A stretch of 64,000 nt of DNA, from the NCBI GenBank assembly GCA_049599475.1, contig JBMYOQ010000001.1, forward strand, positions 96,500-160,499, read 5' to 3'. The position numbers and the translations under genes were made by a program. Shown in pieces: positions 37,142 to 48,353 of the stretch (positions within the stretch are counted from its first letter, which is position 1; every line of letters starts with the position of its first letter). This DNA is from Opitutales bacterium. Its GTDB lineage: Bacteria > Verrucomicrobiota > Verrucomicrobiia > Opitutales > JABSRG01. The notes below the pieces were generated by a model that was not told the DNA's origin, did not search any database, and was given only the letters and a program-made list of their open reading frames with translations.

Positions 37142-39286
37142 ATGGCTGAAATATCGGCAGTTAATTCTCCGTCACGTAGTTTCGCGTTGGAATACACGCG
37201 AAACATCGGAATTGCTGCGCACATTGATGCCGGAAAGACAACGACGACTGAGCGTATTCTCTTTTATGCCGGAGTTGTTCACAAGATGGGTGAAGTGCAT
37301 GACGGAAACGCTGTCACGGATTGGATGGAGCAGGAAAGAGAACGCGGCATTACGATCACATCTGCCGCGATTTCCTGTGGATGGAAGACTGAGGTCGGTC
37401 CGTTCGCAGGTGTTGATCATCGGGTAAACATTATCGATACCCCGGGTCACGTTGACTTTACCGCTGAGGTTGAGCGCTCGCTCCGTGTTTTGGATGGAGC
37501 CGTAGCTGTATTTACTTCAGTAGAAGGTGTGCAGCCGCAGTCAGAGACTGTTTGGCGCCAGATGGACAAATACAAGGTCCCGCGCATCGCCTTTATTAAT
37601 AAGATGGACCGCATCGGCGCGGATTTCCATCGTGCAGTGGAAACCATTCGAGAGAAGCTCGGAGGCAATGCGCACCCACTTTTGATCCCGATCGGGGAGG
37701 GCGAAGATTTCAAAGGCCTCATCGACCTGATCACTGAGAAAGCTTATCTCTATGACGAAACGGATCCGTCGGGAATGGCATTCAACACTGAGTCGATCCC
37801 GGCGGACCTAAAAGATGATGCCAGTGCGTATCGCGAAAGTCTCATTGAGGCCCTATGCGACTTTGACGATGCGCTTGCTGAGAAATATCTAGAAGGTGAA
37901 TCTGTTGAGGCGGATGACATCCGTCGCGCAGTGAGAGCTGCTACTGTTTCCTTGGATTTTGTTGGGGTGATCCCCGGATCGGCCTTCAAAAACAAAGGCG
38001 TGCAAATGCTTTTGGATGCGGTTGTCGACTACTTGCCATCTCCGCTTGATCTGCCTCCGATGGTGGGTGAAGACTCCTCAGGGCGAGAAAAGTCAGTCGC
38101 TCCTGACGATGGGAAGCCCGTAGCTGGTTTGGCTTTTAAGCTGATGTCAGATAATTTCGTCGGACAGCTCGTTTTCTTCCGACTCTATCAAGGCACGCTC
38201 AAGAAAGGCACCGCGCTCTACAATCCGAGGACTCGCAAGAGTGAGCGCATAAGCCGCTTGATGGTCCTCAAAGCAGACTCGCGCGAAGATATTGATGAGG
38301 CGCACTCTGGAGACATTTTTGCAATCGTCGGCGCGAAGGAAGTGATCACAGGTGACACGCTTTGCACGAAAGAGCTCGACTTGCGTCTGGAGCCGCCGAC
38401 ATTCCCGGATCCTGTTATTTCAATGTCTATCGAGCCAGATACGCAGGCTGATCAGGACAAGATGGCGATCGCTTTGAAACGTCTTTCGGAAGAGGATCCT
38501 ACCTTCCAAGTGAGAACTGACGAAGAGACGGGTCAGACGATTATTGCGGGAATGGGTGAACTGCACCTCGAGATTCTCCGTGATCGAATGTTCCGTGAGT
38601 TTAAGGTGAAGGCTCGAGCCGGTCGCCCGCAGATTGCATACCGCGAAGCCGTTCAAGGTGAGGCCGAAGGTGAGGGTAAATTCATCCGACAGTCCGGAGG
38701 TAAGGGGCAGTATGGTCATGTGGAAATCCGCCTGTCTCCAAACGAACCGGGTAAAGGAATCGTATTGGAAAACAAGATTGTCGGCGGCGTGATCCCTAAA
38801 GAATTCATTGGCCCCGCGATGGATGGTGTCAAAGAAGCGGCCAACAATGGAACGGTTGCGGGCTATCCGGTGGTCGATTTCAAAGTAGAACTCTTTCACG
38901 GATCCTTCCACGAAGTGGATTCTTCGGAGATGGCCTTTAAGATGGCCGGCATTTTTGCATTCCGCGAAGCAATGGCGAAGGCGGCTCCAGTCCTCCTTGA
39001 ACCTGTGATGGACGTCGAAGTGGTCACGCCTGACGAATACCAGGGCGATATTATCGGTGATTTGAATCGCCGTCGTGGCCAGATCCAAGGTGTGGACTCT
39101 AATGGGACTCTCACTACGATCGAGGCGGTAGTTCCGCTGGAAACCATGTTCGGGTATGCAACCGACGTGCGTTCACTGTCTAAAGGCCGTGCCTCTTACT
39201 CAATGACTCCATCTAGCTTCGAAGAAGTCCCGCCAAACATTTTGAAACAACTCACGGAGACTCCTGGTGGAGTCTTAATGCGATAA
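37142..39286 (+). CDS. fusA: Elongation factor G
   Basis: [34 protein letters not shown]. Confidence 0.99.
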   Translation: MAEISAVNSPSRSFALEYTRNIGIAAHIDAGKTTTTERILFYAGVVHKMGEVHDGNAVTDWMEQERERGITITSAAISCGWKTEVGPFAGVDHRVNIIDTPGHVDFTAEVERSLRVLDGAVAVFTSVEGVQPQSETVWRQMDKYKVPRIAFINKMDRIGADFHRAVETIREKLGGNAHPLLIPIGEGEDFKGLIDLITEKAYLYDETDPSGMAFNTESIPADLKDDASAYRESLIEALCDFDDALAEKYLEGESVEADDIRRAVRAATVSLDFVGVIPGSAFKNKGVQMLLDAVVDYLPSPLDLPPMVGEDSSGREKSVAPDDGKPVAGLAFKLMSDNFVGQLVFFRLYQGTLKKGTALYNPRTRKSERISRLMVLKADSREDIDEAHSGDIFAIVGAKEVITGDTLCTKELDLRLEPPTFPDPVISMSIEPDTQADQDKMAIALKRLSEEDPTFQVRTDEETGQTIIAGMGELHLEILRDRMFREFKVKARAGRPQIAYREAVQGEAEGEGKFIRQSGGKGQYGHVEIRLSPNEPGKGIVLENKIVGGVIPKEFIGPAMDGVKEAANNGTVAGYPVVDFKVELFHGSFHEVDSSEMAFKMAGIFAFREAMAKAAPVLLEPVMDVEVVTPDEYQGDIIGDLNRRRGQIQGVDSNGTLTTIEAVVPLETMFGYATDVRSLSKGRASYSMTPSSFEEVPPNILKQLTETPGGVLMR

Positions 39287-39335
39287 TTTCTTAAACTTAT
39301 ATATCTAGAACCCGAATCTAACTGTTTAATATACT

Positions 39336-39644
39336 ATGAGTGCGCCACGAATCAGAATCAGCCTTAAAGGCTTCGACTACCGCATTATCGATCAGTCTGC
39401 AGCGGAAATTGTAGAGACTGCAAAACGCTCTGGAGCTCGCGTTTCAGGACCTGTCCCAATGCCTACACGCATTGAGAAGTTCACGGTAAACCGTTCTCCA
39501 CACGTCGATAAGAAGTCTATGGACCAATTCGAAGTGCGCACCCACAAGCGCCTCATCGACATCGTCGAGCCAACAGCTGCCACGGTAGACGAGCTCAAGA
39601 AGCTCAATCTCCCAGCAGGTGTAGACATTCAGATCCACGTCTAG
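39336..39644 (+). CDS. rpsJ: 30S ribosomal protein S10
   Basis: [25 protein letters not shown]. Confidence 0.99.
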   Translation: MSAPRIRISLKGFDYRIIDQSAAEIVETAKRSGARVSGPVPMPTRIEKFTVNRSPHVDKKSMDQFEVRTHKRLIDIVEPTAATVDELKKLNLPAGVDIQIHV

Positions 39645-39666
39645 TCTCCCGAGATTAATCAATTTC

Positions 39667-39702
39667 AAAAACCGCAGCCGAGATCCTCGTTGCGGTTTTT
39701 TT
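39667..39702 (+). terminator. Intrinsic terminator after rpsJ
   Basis: aaaaaccgcagc...gttgcggttttt followed by a T run. Confidence 0.8.
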
Positions 39703-40251
39703 GTGTCTTGGGTTTGCTCAGCTATGTGAATATCTTCATGTCATGATGCATTCGAGCTCTTCCGAGAATTCAATGAGCAGTATTGGGAAAATACGATCAG
39801 TGAATCTCAGATATCGGATTTAAGGAATATCGGCTGAGCGAAGTTTGTAGCTAGTAGGCACGGGTATGCGGGTTGTCTTTGTCTCTCTAGCTGTGAAGGA
39901 ATTGGGTCGTATTAATTGGGGCCCGATCTGGAGCCTGTCTCGCCCGCGATCGTCTTGATCTGAAGCCAAATGTCCTTCGCGGGTACGATAGATTAATTCT
40001 GAGAGCCTGCGTTGGGAGCGTCGAAGGGAGTCTGAAGAGCTGAGGATGTCAGCTATTCCGATCTGCTGAGGTAGGGGATCGCTTTTCCGCCGGGTGAAGA
40101 GGGTTATTGTTATTGTGCGATTTTTTACCGTGAGAGCTGCGATCTTGGTTTTTAATAACAAATTATTATAAGCTCGTGTGCTGGGTATATTTGCTGCTTA
40201 TTTCTGAACCTATCTTTAATTCAGTTATATAAATAGGTTAAAACATAAATA

Positions 40252-40875
40252 ATGAGAAAGTATATATTCGTATCACTGGTTGTGGTAACGTTGGCTGCGC
40301 AAGCGGCTGTTGTAGAGCGCGTTGGGCTGGAATGGCTTAGCTGGGATGAGACCGAGGGCATGTCTGTCGATCAGGCCCTCCTGGCAAATCCCGGTTGGAG
40401 ACGAGCAACGGTTGATGAAACCTTGAGTTTAATTAACTCATTTGATTTTGGATACACTTTTACAGGTGTGAATACGACCGAGTATTTCTTTACCCCAGCA
40501 GGTAGTACGGATGATGCCTCCAGCCAATTGATCGAGCTTATGGGGGCAACATACGCGACTTCGAACGGTTGGGGAGACCCGAAAGAATCTACAAGCGCAT
40601 GGTTTGGGTTTAATACAACATCTGGTCTTGGCGAAACAACTGATCGTGCCTACGCTATCACTGTTATTGATGAGTATATCCAGCCTTTTACTTCGGGTGC
40701 GTTGCCCGCTGAAGTGAGACTGACTGGCTCGAATCTCGACCCGAATACTATTGTTGCTGATAGAGGTGTGGCGCTCGTTAGACTCGCTGCTGTCCCGGAG
40801 CCTGCTTCAGTCGCTTTGATCTCTGGTGTGTTTGCTTTCAGTGTAATCTGTTTGCGTAGGCTCAAAAGAGTTTAA
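40252..40875 (+). CDS. PEP-CTERM sorting domain surface protein
   Basis: Signal peptide; C-terminal AVPEPAS + TM + RRLKR. Confidence 0.9.
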   Translation: MRKYIFVSLVVVTLAAQAAVVERVGLEWLSWDETEGMSVDQALLANPGWRRATVDETLSLINSFDFGYTFTGVNTTEYFFTPAGSTDDASSQLIELMGATYATSNGWGDPKESTSAWFGFNTTSGLGETTDRAYAITVIDEYIQPFTSGALPAEVRLTGSNLDPNTIVADRGVALVRLAAVPEPASVALISGVFAFSVICLRRLKRV

Positions 40876-40905
40876 GAGCTTTTGAACTGATATTGAATCT
40901 AAAGG

Positions 40906-40934
40906 AACCGCATTTCCGAGTAGATGCGGTTTTT
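40906..40934 (+). terminator. Intrinsic terminator after the PEP-CTERM gene
   Basis: aaccgcattt-ccgagt-agatgcggtt followed by a T run. Confidence 0.75.
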
Positions 40935-41122
40935 CTTGTTTATATATAGAGCGAATTTGGCTTAGTTTGAATGTTCGCCGTGATCAGAGATCTAGGTCAG
41001 TAGGGGTTTCTCATGTTTTCTCGTTAATCGAAAAAAAATCCAAATTTTCACTTGCCAAGGAAGAAGCTAATTGGCTTTATCGGCGGCTTTCACTCGTAAG
41101 CAGCTGACTGCTCCGCATTCGT

Positions 41123-41223
41123 GGTTCAAGAGCGCGCCCCTCGGGTGGATCAATAAATTTCACTCAAAACCTCAACGCAGGTCTTCAATTAACGTCACCG
41201 TCGTGACACCTGCCTCTTGAATC
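41123..41223 (+). promoter_or_regulatory. Structured 5' leader of rplC (candidate ribosomal-protein autoregulatory RNA)
   Basis: ggttcaagag/ctcttgaatc closing stem ending at the ATG, gcaggt/acctgc, gtcac/gtgac, cgccc/gggtg. Confidence 0.55.
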
Positions 41224-41865
41224 ATGAGCTTCATCCTACTTGGCAAAAAACTGGGTATGACCCAGGTATATGACGAAACCAACACGCTCGTTCCCGTAAC
41301 GGTCGTTGAGGCGGGTCCATGCGTAATCTCGCAACTGCGCACTGAAGATAAGGACGGCTACTCAGCTGTTCAGGTCGCTTACAGTGAGCAGAAGGCGTCT
41401 CGCGTGGCAAAGCCACAGCTTGGGCAATTCGAGAAAACAGGCATCGCGCCTCACTCGACGCTCAAGGAGTTTCGTACCGATGATATTTCTTCCTACACTG
41501 TAGGCGACACGATGACTGTTGAAAAATTCGAGTCTGGCTCGAAGGTCGACGTTATCGCTACGACTAAGGGTCGTGGATTCCAAGGTGTTGTTAAGCGCTG
41601 GGGATACGCAGGTGGACCTGCTTCTCACGGTTCTATGTTCCACCGCCGTGGTGGTTCTTACGGTATGTGCCAATGGCCAGGTAAGGTCATCAAGGGCAAG
41701 AAAATGCCCGGTCATATGGGCGCGAAGTCTCGCACAACTCAAAACCTACGCGTTGTGAAGGTGATTCCTGAAAAGAACATCATCCTGATCCGCGGAAGCT
41801 TCGCTGGTGGTTCCAATACTTTGGTGACTATCCGCCCTGCGAAGAAAACTAAGGTAGCTAAGTAA
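41224..41865 (+). CDS. rplC: 50S ribosomal protein L3
   Basis: GKKLGMTQ, KGRGFQG, GKKMPGHMG. Confidence 0.99.
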   Translation: MSFILLGKKLGMTQVYDETNTLVPVTVVEAGPCVISQLRTEDKDGYSAVQVAYSEQKASRVAKPQLGQFEKTGIAPHSTLKEFRTDDISSYTVGDTMTVEKFESGSKVDVIATTKGRGFQGVVKRWGYAGGPASHGSMFHRRGGSYGMCQWPGKVIKGKKMPGHMGAKSRTTQNLRVVKVIPEKNIILIRGSFAGGSNTLVTIRPAKKTKVAK

Positions 41866-41883
41866 TTTAGGGAGCATTCTGAT

Positions 41884-42519
41884 ATGAAACTTAAAGTATT
41901 TTCAGCAGACGGCAGCTCGTCATCCGAAAAGGATTTCTCGGAATTTCCAGAGTATGAAGGCACCAAGGGTGTAAATGCTCTCCGTCAAGTCATCCTTGCT
42001 ATTCAGGCTAACCAACGCCAAGGCAATGCTTCTACTAAAACTCGCGCCGAAGTTCGCGGAACAGGTAAGAAGCCATTTCGCCAAAAGGGAACGGGTGGAG
42101 CGCGTCAAGGCACACGCCGCGGACCTCAGCACTACAAGGGTGGTGTAGCATTTGGTCCTAAGCCACGCGACTACACGCAGAAGATCAACCGCAAGATGAA
42201 GACATTGGCATTTGGCCGTGCTCTTTATGACCGCGCTTCTTCTGGTGAAGTTTCCCTAATCGAGAAGTGGGAAGTCGCAGAGGCTAAGACTAAGCAATTT
42301 AACCAACTCCTCGGCACTATGGGTGTCGAAGGAAAGCTTCTCATCGTTGACGACCAGTTCGAAGACAAGGAGCTCCTCGCAGCACGCAACATTGAGCGTG
42401 TGACAATTACTGAAGCAGCCCAAATCAATGCTTGGGATCTCGTTCGTTACGACAACGTAATCATCAGCGAGCGTGGCTTCTCTACAATCCTTAGCCGTAT
42501 CGCAGGAGGGTCTAACTAA
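41884..42519 (+). CDS. rplD: 50S ribosomal protein L4
   Basis: KPFRQKGTGGARQG, FGPKPRDY. Confidence 0.99.
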   Translation: MKLKVFSADGSSSSEKDFSEFPEYEGTKGVNALRQVILAIQANQRQGNASTKTRAEVRGTGKKPFRQKGTGGARQGTRRGPQHYKGGVAFGPKPRDYTQKINRKMKTLAFGRALYDRASSGEVSLIEKWEVAEAKTKQFNQLLGTMGVEGKLLIVDDQFEDKELLAARNIERVTITEAAQINAWDLVRYDNVIISERGFSTILSRIAGGSN

Positions 42520-42809
42520 TGATCGACGCTACTAAGATTCTTAAAGAATACCGCGTAACTGAGAAGTCATCCATTCTCAACGAGCAGTTCCTTCAATACA
42601 CATTCGAAGTGGCGAAAGACGCCAACAAGGCTCAAATCGCTGAGGCGATCGAGCAGATCTTCGAAGTGAAGGTAGCACGCGTTAATGTCATTAACAAGAA
42701 GGCTAAGTTCAAAGCTAACCGCATGCGTGCCGGACGCCCTGGCGAAAAGCCAGCGATGAAGAAGGCAATTGTTACCCTCAAGGAGGGCGACAAGATCGAG
42801 CTTGTCTAA
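42519..42809 (+). CDS. rplW: 50S ribosomal protein L23
   Basis: TEKS, YTFEV, KKAIVTL. Confidence 0.98.
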   Translation: MIDATKILKEYRVTEKSSILNEQFLQYTFEVAKDANKAQIAEAIEQIFEVKVARVNVINKKAKFKANRMRAGRPGEKPAMKKAIVTLKEGDKIELV

Positions 42810-42833
42810 TATTTCATAGGGAGAATTTAAACG

Positions 42834-43682
<849 letters not shown>

Positions 43683-43697
43683 TAACGAGGACTTTTT

Positions 43698-43967
43698 ATG
43701 GCACGCTCAATTAAGAAAGGTTTCTTCGTCGACCCTAGCCTTATGAAAAAGGTTGAGGAAGCCCGCGCGACAGATTCCCGCAAACCCATCCAGACATGGT
43801 CACGCCGCTCAACCATTACTCCCGAATTTGTCGGGCTGAACCTCAGTGTTCATAATGGTCGTGCATTCATCCCAGTCTACGTCACTGAAAATATGGTCGG
43901 GCACAAGCTTGGCGAATTTTCACCATCGCGAACCTTTAAAGCACACGGAGGACAAACCAAGAAGTAG
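43698..43967 (+). CDS. rpsS: 30S ribosomal protein S19
   Basis: [17 protein letters not shown]. Confidence 0.99.
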   Translation: MARSIKKGFFVDPSLMKKVEEARATDSRKPIQTWSRRSTITPEFVGLNLSVHNGRAFIPVYVTENMVGHKLGEFSPSRTFKAHGGQTKK

Positions 43968-43975
43968 GATTTGAG

Positions 43976-44332
43976 ATGCAAGCAGGGATGCGACTTTGCA
44001 TGTTTTTGATAAGCCTTCTGGCTGTTTCACTCTCTGGAAACACTGGAACTCGTCCGCAAGCCAAAGTCCATGAGATCCAAAAAGACCAGGCGGTCATCGC
44101 GGAAATCATCCCTCTTAGTAACGCTGATCTAATTCGAATCGACGGAAACTACGAACACAGCCTAGCTCCTGGCGTCGTTTGCACTGTAGCAAACGGGGCC
44201 ATCACTAAAGGCGAAGTCATTATTATCCACACTCGAACCGAAACAGCTTACGCATTGATCACCGAATTCAGCGGGCAAGGGGACTTTCTTCCCGGAGACC
44301 GCATCACACCGAAGCGATCCATCACATTTTAA
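43976..44332 (+). CDS. Hypothetical exported beta-rich protein inside the S10 operon
   Basis: Fills the rpsS-rplV gap with 8 and 5 bp spacers; hydrophobic N-terminus; ends FLPGDRI. Confidence 0.7.
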   Translation: MQAGMRLCMFLISLLAVSLSGNTGTRPQAKVHEIQKDQAVIAEIIPLSNADLIRIDGNYEHSLAPGVVCTVANGAITKGEVIIIHTRTETAYALITEFSGQGDFLPGDRITPKRSITF

Positions 44333-44337
44333 GACCC

Positions 44338-44673
44338 ATGGAAGTCATATCTTACACAAAAAACAGCCGTATGTCGCCCATCAAGGTGCGTGACATCACT
44401 CGCGTAATCCAAGGGAAGAATGCAGTCGAGACTGCAGAGCGCCTCAAGCTCTACCCGCGCAAGTCTGCTGCCCTCGTTCTCAAGACTCTTCAATCCGCTA
44501 TCGCGAACGCTGAGAACAATCACAACCTGAACTCAGACGACCTCACCATTAAGAGTGCGATCGTTGAGCAAGGTATCGCTTTCAAACGCTTCCGCCCAGC
44601 ATCACGCGGTATGGCGCACCCTTACAAGAAGCGCACCAGCCACATTAAAATCATCCTCACAGACGAGAAATAG
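44338..44673 (+). CDS. rplV: 50S ribosomal protein L22
   Basis: RMSPIKVR, SAIANAENN, KRTSHI. Confidence 0.98.
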   Translation: MEVISYTKNSRMSPIKVRDITRVIQGKNAVETAERLKLYPRKSAALVLKTLQSAIANAENNHNLNSDDLTIKSAIVEQGIAFKRFRPASRGMAHPYKKRTSHIKIILTDEK

Positions 44674-44682
44674 GAATTCACT

Positions 44683-45315
44683 ATGGGACAAAAAGTAAAT
44701 CCAATCGGTTTTCGCCTCAGTGTCCGCCGCGACTGGGAATCTCGCTGGTATGCAGGCAAGCAGGACTACAAGACTTTCGTTAAGGAAGACTACCAAATCC
44801 GCAGCTACCTCGAGAAGAAGCTTCGCTACGCATCGGTTCCACGTATCTTCATCGAGCGTGCCAGCAACCGTATCCGCGTAAAGATCTTCACTGCACGCCC
44901 CGGTGTCGTAATCGGCCGTAAGGGAACTGAACTTGAGAAGATCAAGGAAGAGCTTTCTAAGCTGATCGGTAAGGACATCATCCTAGATATCCAGGAAGTG
45001 AAGCGCCCAGACCTCGTGGCCAAGCTCGTTGCTGAAAACGTAGCTCTTCAGCTGGAGCGTCGCATATCTTTCCGCCGCGCGATGAAGAAGGCTGTTCAGT
45101 CTACGATGGCTCTCGGTGCTGCAGGTATCCGTATCCAAGTCGCGGGACGTTTGGGTGGTGCTGACATCGCTCGCACCGAGCAACAACGCATGGGTCGTGT
45201 GCCTCTTCACACGCTTCGTGAGAACATCGACTACGGCACTTCTGAAGCCAGCACCACTTACGGCATCATTGGCATCAAGTGCTGGATCTGTACTGAGACA
45301 GCAGACAATCTATAA
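44683..45315 (+). CDS. rpsC: 30S ribosomal protein S3
   Basis: MGQKVNPIGFR, GRVPLHTLR. Confidence 0.99.
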   Translation: MGQKVNPIGFRLSVRRDWESRWYAGKQDYKTFVKEDYQIRSYLEKKLRYASVPRIFIERASNRIRVKIFTARPGVVIGRKGTELEKIKEELSKLIGKDIILDIQEVKRPDLVAKLVAENVALQLERRISFRRAMKKAVQSTMALGAAGIRIQVAGRLGGADIARTEQQRMGRVPLHTLRENIDYGTSEASTTYGIIGIKCWICTETADNL

Positions 45316-45339
45316 TACATTTATTTGGGGAACTGAATC

Positions 45340-45762
45340 ATGCCATTGCTTCCATCACGCACAAAATTTCGCAAAGTCCAGAAGGGACGCAACCGCGGTA
45401 ATGCGACTCGTGGTAACACCATCGCTTTCGGCGATTACGGCATCCAAGCTATGGGCCGTGGTAAGCTGACAGCTCGCCAGCTCGAAGCTGCTCGTGTTGC
45501 TCTCAACCGTCACCTCAAGCGTAAGGCCAAGATTTGGATCCGCGTTTTCCCACACAAACCAGTTACCAAGAAACCCGCTGAAACTCGTCAGGGTAAAGGT
45601 AAGGGTGGCGTTGAATTCTGGTGTGTAGAAGTCAAGCCAGGCATGATCCTCTTCGAGGTTGCCGGTGCTCCTATCAGTGCCACTCGCGAAGGCCTCCGCC
45701 TCGCCGATGGTAAACTCCCATTCCCTTGCCGCTTCGTCTCTCGTGACGAAATCGCGTGCTAA
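45340..45762 (+). CDS. rplP: 50S ribosomal protein L16
   Basis: WIRVFPHKP, ETRQGKGKG. Confidence 0.99.
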   Translation: MPLLPSRTKFRKVQKGRNRGNATRGNTIAFGDYGIQAMGRGKLTARQLEAARVALNRHLKRKAKIWIRVFPHKPVTKKPAETRQGKGKGGVEFWCVEVKPGMILFEVAGAPISATREGLRLADGKLPFPCRFVSRDEIAC

Positions 45763-45780
45763 TCCAGGAAATACATCCCG

Positions 45781-45984
45781 ATGAAAGCCAAAGATTTTAG
45801 AGATTTATCCATTCCGGAAATCGAGAAAAAGCTCCGCGAAGTCCGTGACGAGCTCACCATGCTCCGTATGAAGAAACAGCTCGGGCAGGTTGAGAAGCCA
45901 CACCTCTTCCAAGAGCTCCGCCGCGACATCGCTCGCATGCAAACCGTCATCACCGAAAAGAAAAAGGCTGAGGTCGCCGCATAA
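45781..45984 (+). CDS. rpmC: 50S ribosomal protein L29
   Basis: MKAKDFR, RRDIARMQT; gene order. Confidence 0.97.
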   Translation: MKAKDFRDLSIPEIEKKLREVRDELTMLRMKKQLGQVEKPHLFQELRRDIARMQTVITEKKKAEVAA

Positions 45985-46022
45985 GCGAACAGTTCTCGGA
46001 AACCGCATATTGTAAAAGCCAT

Positions 46023-46301
46023 ATGTCACAAGTAGCTTCAGATCGTAATAGTCGTAAGGACCTCGTAGGAGTCGTTGTCAGCCGTTCGGGTGACAAGACT
46101 GTAAAGGTTGCCTACGAATACAAAATTCCACACCCGCTTTATAAAAAGGAAATTAAGCGGAAGACCGTTGTTCACGCTCATGACGAGAAGAATGAGACGA
46201 AGCCTGGTGATAAGGTGGAGATCATGGAAACCCGTCCCCTCAGCAAGCTCAAGCGCTGGCGCCTCGTTCGCATCGTCGAAGTGGCTCCGCTTGTAGGATA
46301 A
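46023..46301 (+). CDS. rpsQ: 30S ribosomal protein S17
   Basis: HPLYKK, AHDE, ETRPLSK.KRW. Confidence 0.98.
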   Translation: MSQVASDRNSRKDLVGVVVSRSGDKTVKVAYEYKIPHPLYKKEIKRKTVVHAHDEKNETKPGDKVEIMETRPLSKLKRWRLVRIVEVAPLVG

Positions 46302-46334
46302 TTTTTTTAGAATTTAGATAGGAGAATTTGCGCT

Positions 46335-46697
46335 ATGATTCAGATGAATAGCCGTATGGAGGTCGCCGATAATACAGGCGCCAAGCAAGCAATGATGATC
46401 CGCCGTCTTGGTCAGGCTAAGAAGACTGCATCGGTAGGCGACGTTGTTGTATGCAACATCAAGGAAAGCTCTACAAACGCGACTGTGAAGAAGGGTGAGG
46501 TCGTGAAGGCTGTTGTGGTCCGCACAAAGTCTCCAATCCGTCGTGCAGATGGCAGCTATCTCCGCTTTGATGACAACGCAGTGGTAGTCCTCAACAATGA
46601 TGGAAACCCTAAAGGTACACGTATTTTCGGCCCCGTAGCTCGTGAGCTTCGCGCCGAATACATGAAGATTATTTCTCTAGCACCGGAGGTACTCTAA
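46335..46697 (+). CDS. rplN: 50S ribosomal protein L14
   Basis: [20 protein letters not shown]. Confidence 0.99.
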   Translation: MIQMNSRMEVADNTGAKQAMMIRRLGQAKKTASVGDVVVCNIKESSTNATVKKGEVVKAVVVRTKSPIRRADGSYLRFDDNAVVVLNNDGNPKGTRIFGPVARELRAEYMKIISLAPEVL

Positions 46698-46698
46698 G

Positions 46699-46956
46699 AT
46701 GGCAGCAGCACTAAAAACAGGCGACGAAGTCGTCGTCATCACAGGAAGCCAAAAAGGTAAACGCGGCAAGATCCAGAAGTTCATCAAGAAGAATAACCGG
46801 ATCATCGTCGAAGGCGTTAACATGGTAAAAAAGCATGTTAAGCAAAACCCGCAGAACCCCGAGGGTGATGAGGGCGGTATCGTAGAGCAAGAAGGCTCTA
46901 TCCACTACTCAAACGTAATGCTCGCGTCCAAGTTCGACGCAAAGGCATCTGCATAA
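46699..46956 (+). CDS. rplX: 50S ribosomal protein L24
   Basis: [25 protein letters not shown]. Confidence 0.97.
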   Translation: MAAALKTGDEVVVITGSQKGKRGKIQKFIKKNNRIIVEGVNMVKKHVKQNPQNPEGDEGGIVEQEGSIHYSNVMLASKFDAKASA

Positions 46957-47001
46957 ATATAAGAATTTCAGCAAATCGGGTCGGTAATCCGGTAAACGCA
47001 T

Positions 47002-47580
47002 ATGAGCCAAATTCCTACACTTAAAAAAGCCTACAAGGACACCATCGCTAAGGAAATGATGGAAGCCCATGGCTATAAGAACGTCCATCAGATCCCAGCT
47101 ATCGAAAAGATCGTCATCAACTCCGGTGTGAAGGCGACAGACGAGAAGGCTGTTCTTCAGGACATCGTTAAAGACATCACCGTAATCACAGGTCAAAAGC
47201 CAGTCGTTACAAAGGCACGTCTCAGTATTTCGAACTTCAAGCTTCGCGAAGGCATGCCTATCGGCTGTAAAGTGACTCTTCGTGGTGATGCAATGTATCA
47301 GTTCTTCTACAAGTTCGTAAACTTGGCACTTCCAAGTATTCGCGACTTCCGCGGTGTTAGCCGTAAGCTCGATGGGCACGGCAACTACAACTTCGGGGTT
47401 ACTGATCACACTATTTTCCCTGAAATCAATGTAGACGGCAACAAGCGTAGCTTTGGTTTCGATATTACGATCGTCACTTCAGCGAAGACAGACGAAGAAG
47501 GACTCGACCTCCTCAAGCGTTTCGGTGTTCCGTTCCGCAAGGTCAGCTCAGAACAATCAGAAGGAGAAGCAGCAGCTTAA
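47002..47580 (+). CDS. rplE: 50S ribosomal protein L5
   Basis: ITGQKP, FKLREGMPIG, RDFRG. Confidence 0.99.
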   Translation: MSQIPTLKKAYKDTIAKEMMEAHGYKNVHQIPAIEKIVINSGVKATDEKAVLQDIVKDITVITGQKPVVTKARLSISNFKLREGMPIGCKVTLRGDAMYQFFYKFVNLALPSIRDFRGVSRKLDGHGNYNFGVTDHTIFPEINVDGNKRSFGFDITIVTSAKTDEEGLDLLKRFGVPFRKVSSEQSEGEAAA

Positions 47581-47589
47581 TTTTTTACT

Positions 47590-47895
47590 ATGGCCAAGAA
47601 ATCCGCTATCGCCCGCAATCAGAAGCGCATCAAGATGGTCGAGCAGTACGCTCAGAAGCGTGCTGACCTGAAGGCTATCATTGCCGACCCTGAAGCATCC
47701 GACGAAGACTTCTTCGCTGCGCAGCGCAAGCTCGCTAAGTTGCCTCGTAATTCATCACCGGTCCGCGTGCGCAACCGTTGCTCGATCACCGGTCGTCCTC
47801 GCGCTTACCAAGGTAAGTTTGGCCTATCTCGCATCACTTTCCGCGAACTCGCCTCACAAGGGCGCGTTCCAGGAGTAACTAAATCGTCTTGGTAG
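47590..47895 (+). CDS. rpsN: 30S ribosomal protein S14 (long, non-zinc type)
   Basis: [19 protein letters not shown]; only one Cys. Confidence 0.98.
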   Translation: MAKKSAIARNQKRIKMVEQYAQKRADLKAIIADPEASDEDFFAAQRKLAKLPRNSSPVRVRNRCSITGRPRAYQGKFGLSRITFRELASQGRVPGVTKSSW

Positions 47896-47937
47896 TCCTC
47901 ATACGGGAAACCCAAACAACGATAATATAAAAACACC

Positions 47938-48336
47938 ATGGCTGTTCACGATACCATTGGAGATTTTCTCACAATTCTTCGCAACGGATCTCTTGCACGT
48001 AAAGAGAGCTGCGAAACTTACTTCTCGAAGATTCGAGAAGGTATTGCCGCGATCCTGAAGGACGAAGGCTATATCAAGGATTACGCAGTGAAGACTGACG
48101 ACAAGGGTCGCAAGTCTATCGTTGTGCACCTGAAATATGTTCAGGACGCACCTGCATTGACCGGAATTTCCCGCGTTTCAAAGCCTGGCCGCCGCATCTA
48201 CTGCGGTTACCGCGACATCCCTCGCGTGCTTGGTGGCCTCGGCATCGCAATTCTAACGACTTCTAAAGGCATCATGCGTGCACGTGAAGCCCGCCGCAAT
48301 AAGCTCGGCGGTGAGCTGATCTGTAACGTCTGGTAA
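47938..48336 (+). CDS. rpsH: 30S ribosomal protein S8
   Basis: RVSKPGRRIY, GLGIAILTTSKG. Confidence 0.99.
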   Translation: MAVHDTIGDFLTILRNGSLARKESCETYFSKIREGIAAILKDEGYIKDYAVKTDDKGRKSIVVHLKYVQDAPALTGISRVSKPGRRIYCGYRDIPRVLGGLGIAILTTSKGIMRAREARRNKLGGELICNVW

Positions 48337-48353
48337 TAAGAAAGGACCTACAC

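Noticed and set aside
39820..40161. 113-aa minus-strand ORF in the rpsJ-rplC gap
   Set aside because: No motifs and a non-ATG start; probably spurious
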